DNA from: Antedon mediterranea
Taxonomy: Eukaryota > Animalia > Echinodermata
Reading direction: 5' to 3'
Length of the DNA stretch: 64,000 nucleotides
NCBI RefSeq assembly: GCF_964355755.1
Contig: NC_092672.1
Location: 9,424,001-9,488,000 of the forward strand
The position numbers and the translations under genes were made by a program. The notes beneath the pieces are model-generated. The model ran no database searches, had not been told where the DNA came from, and saw nothing but the letters and a program-made list of their open reading frames with translations. This document shows, one piece after another, positions 60,774-64,000 of this stretch. Within the stretch, counting starts at the first letter, position 1. Each line of letters opens with the position of its first letter.

Positions 60774-62186
60774 CTTAGAGATACTGCAGTTAAGAACTTT
60801 GAAAGATAATTTTAAGGGAAGAAATAACATATTTTAATTATTTATTATAGTTTATGGATAATTGTGTTCCGTTTTATATTGGGTAATCCACTTGATAGTT
60901 GATTAAAGTTTACTTTTTGGATATTCCCGTCTACTTGTTTTTCTTTGTGTAAGGTTTAATGTATGAATGAGGCAAATAAATTAAATGAAAACAATAATTT
61001 TCCAAACAATAGTGAAGTTTACAGAAGTCTCGTCTACATATAGACTACAGCAATCTTTGGAACACTTGTCTGTCAAACTCAAAGTTTGCAAACGCAAACT
61101 TGCTGGTGTAGACTAGTCTAAACACTGAAGAGAAGGTCGACTAAAAACAAATGTATACATATCTCTTCATTTTAATTATCAAATTTGTATAACAAATATA
61201 ATACTTATATGACCATGATTACTGAATAATAGTACTGTTGAGTAATTTTAATACTGTATTAAAATGTTCGAATATCCGAACAAACCTCGGGTATACACCC
61301 ATTTATTTTGATAAGTTAGGTTATGAAATGTGGTCTTTTCTGAATTATACAATCTGTTCAATTTATGTGGTATTCAACTGCCTTTTTTAGATGGCAAGAA
61401 TAATGCCTGTTATTTCGCAAAGTAGTAGAGATGATCTATTTTTGTAAAAAATAATCCATTTCTAATGGATTGAAAATGCAATACTTTATTTTACTGAAAA
61501 TGTCCAAATAAAAAATCTTGATGTTTTTTACACTATAAAACTAGTTTGAAAACAAGTTTACCATAGGCCCAAATATTGTAGTGATATGACATAATCATGT
61601 CCATATAATGGGCACATCACACTTTTTTTGATAGTGTAATCAAGGCTTTAGAATGAAGGAATACAATTTAAAAAATAGTGTCCATAGCTACTTAAAATGT
61701 GTTTGTTCTTGGTCCCTGGAATGACTTTCCAGTCAAGCTATGTTTAATTTAATACTGTATATGGAAGTGAAATTTAGTCTACATTTTGTCTAAATTTATA
61801 ATAATACGTAATATAATTACTTTGTTTGTACAATAAAAAGAATGTTTTGGCAAGATTTTGAAAGAGGGAAACTCTCTAGTTGTATCCCTTCCTGGGTGGA
61901 GTATTTTTTAGATTACATCGAAAGTGAAACAATCAGTTAGTGAGGTTTCTACATAGTGGATTGCAATTGCATTAATAAATAATATACAATTATGATATTT
62001 TTTTAAACAAATGAGACTTATTATTCTGTGATAATGTTATACATTATATTTAGATATTAGATTACATTTTGTTTAGCCTATTAGTCCAAGGCTTTATTAT
62101 GAAACCATCCATTGATAGATATCTATAGGTTATAAAAATAGGAATTTAAATGTAGCACATGATCAGTAATATTAATAATTATTTCC

Positions 62187-63776
62187 TTATTTGGAAAGGG
62201 TGGTTAACGCATTATTTAATGCTTCTATTATTCTAGAAACATTCTCCTCTGTGCAGTTGTACCCCATTAACCCAATTCGCCAAACCTATAAAAATAAGAA
62301 ATATAAAACACATCATAAAACAGTAAAAACATACATTTTGTAATGGTATTTAGATGCTCGTACATAGATCCGCCCTTTTAAACATCTAAAATGGAATTGT
62401 GAACTATATCTATTTTCGACAGTATTAGATTATTTTTATTAGGGAGGACCTAAGACTAAATTATTACATTTATGAATTTTATAAATCTCACAATTGTTAT
62501 AATTATTAATAAAAAAATTATACATATACTTACCTTTCCAGTTGTCTCTCCAAGGCCTCCAGAAATTTCAATCTTGTAACTGTAACAAGAAAAAGATTAA
62601 ACATTAACTATCAAATTTTTCTTATATTATTTTAACCTGATACACGAATAGGAAAACATATCAGTTACTGTAAGTTGCTAACAATTTAAAAAAAAATAAA
62701 ACTAAGAAGCAGTGGACAGGGCAACTTTCGGAACAAAATATTAAAAAGAAAATTTTGTTTCAACCTCATCACCTAATGGATGATATAAACCCATGAGCCT
62801 ACTGTACAAGTTCTGCGAATTCCATTCCATCAGGCTTAGCTAGTAGCAATTTGTTCTCACAGCAATTCTTGTATCTATGAGCGGGTAAACCCAGAGGCTA
62901 CAGAGCTTAAGGGGTCCAGCACATGAGTAGCCCCAATACAACTATCCAGCGCTGGAGGACCTCTTAGTAGTGGTCTTTGCCCACCGCGTTACACCACTGA
63001 TGAGTGCTCTCATACCAACTAAAGCTCTGTCCACACTATCAAACTTTATGTGACAAAAAATGTGCCCATATATGGACATGATGATGTCATATCACTAACA
63101 TATTTTTTGGCAAATCACACTTTTTGATAGTGGAGACAAAGCATTACACAGCAATATTCGACTGACTGTTTATTACAGGTTACCAAATAAGGTAAACATA
63201 ACTGTATATTTTCAAAGATTACACTGCATTGTTGAATACAAGTATTATACATTGATTTAACATTTATTTCTATTTCTATATAAATTCATGTAAAATATTT
63301 CCATTACTTTTTCATAATAAAATCAGCAATGTCTTTCCAATTAACACCATCTGGTACCTTCACTGTAGTGACAGTCGGTAATCTGACAGCCTAAAAAAGA
63401 AAATTATTTCCAATTCTCAAGTTGTGAAATTTTCAAAAATATTGGAAGAAAAACAAGAAGTTTGTTGTGGTCCTTGCAACCTTTCAGTATTGGGAGCATT
63501 TGATTTGTGCAGAAATATTTTGTGATTTGTGTGTTTCATTGAAATAAATGTGAATCTGAGAGTAATATAAAATAACTTGTTAAGCTTTCACTTTCAAATA
63601 TACTACAATTTATTTGGTCAAACATGTCTTAAAATTGCCCTTACTTGTTACACCTTTCAATGTAAAAAAAAATACCTTACCTTGTCTTTGACAAATAATT
63701 CCAATCCCATGTTTTCAAGCTGGTTGTGAAGTTGTAGTGCACACTTACTGTGCCTTGTCCAACAGTTCTCAAGACC
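62187..63776 (-). CDS. AGXT: Alanine-glyoxylate/serine-pyruvate aminotransferase, last four exons (gene continues beyond window)
   Basis: Exons (-): 63776-63681 GLENCWTRHSKCALQLHNQLENMGLELFVKDK; 63390-63308 AVRLPTVTTVKVPDGVNWKDIADFIMK; 62579-62534 YKIEISGGLGETTGK; 62285-62187 VWRIGLMGYNCTEENVSRIIEALNNALTTLSK*. Matches the AGT1 C-terminal region. Confidence 0.93.
63020..63146. mobile_element. Palindromic MITE, same family as 40934-41084
   Basis: AAAGCTCTGTCCACACTATCAAA ... TTTGATAGTGGAGACAAAGCATT. Confidence 0.7.
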
Positions 63777-64000
63777 CTGAACAATGGAAAATTATTTTAA
63801 TGCCATATAATCTAATGTTTTTAACCAATAATAAGATGATAAACAGTTAAATCAATTCATTTTTTTTATAACATGCACTACTTTAAAGGCAAATATAAAA
63901 TTTCAGGGGTAGGGAATAATTTTTATTTCGTATAACTAGTTTTTTTCCACACTCTCACCATTCAAAATTTGTCATGACATAGTGGCCAATAAATGTTTTA

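Noticed and set aside
62940-63020. Possible hammerhead at CCACTGATGAGTGC
   Set aside because: No closing stem II or GAAA box follows, even after removing the adjacent MITE.

Overview
AT-rich, intron-rich eukaryotic DNA from an animal, probably a marine invertebrate. An echinoderm origin is only a weak inference from TAGGCCTA-rich stretches and repeat types. Five host genes were reconstructed by hand from GT-AG exons with consistent phases: (-) a 9-exon, ~346-aa multi-pass membrane protein of unknown function (4042-28019); (+) MICOS10 (33524-40454); (+) an SLC7 cationic amino-acid transporter (43861-52407); (-) a phospholipid scramblase (55299-59517); and (-) the last four exons of AGXT (62187-63776). 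MICOS10 intron 1 holds an apparently intact 5.3-kb autonomous Kolobok transposon (TTAA TSD, 26-bp TIRs, 7-exon THAP-DDE transposase, convergent KolX/P2X7-ballast-like gene). A 4.37-kb non-coding Foldback/Mutator-like element lies between the two divergent gene starts. It has a 9-bp TSD, TIRs containing a perfect 20-bp palindrome, inverted arrays of a 106-bp repeat carrying half of that palindrome, a second ~88-bp array, and a nested Penelope-type hammerhead fragment. Other notable items are a dispersed 28S rRNA fragment interrupted at the R2/I-PpoI site by a 175-bp element with a 9-bp TSD, two tiny palindromes with TSDs resembling P-element excision footprints, and many MITEs, HINE-like repeats, SINE/LINE relics and minisatellites. 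No CRISPR or other prokaryotic system is present. Family names come from recalled motifs, not database searches.
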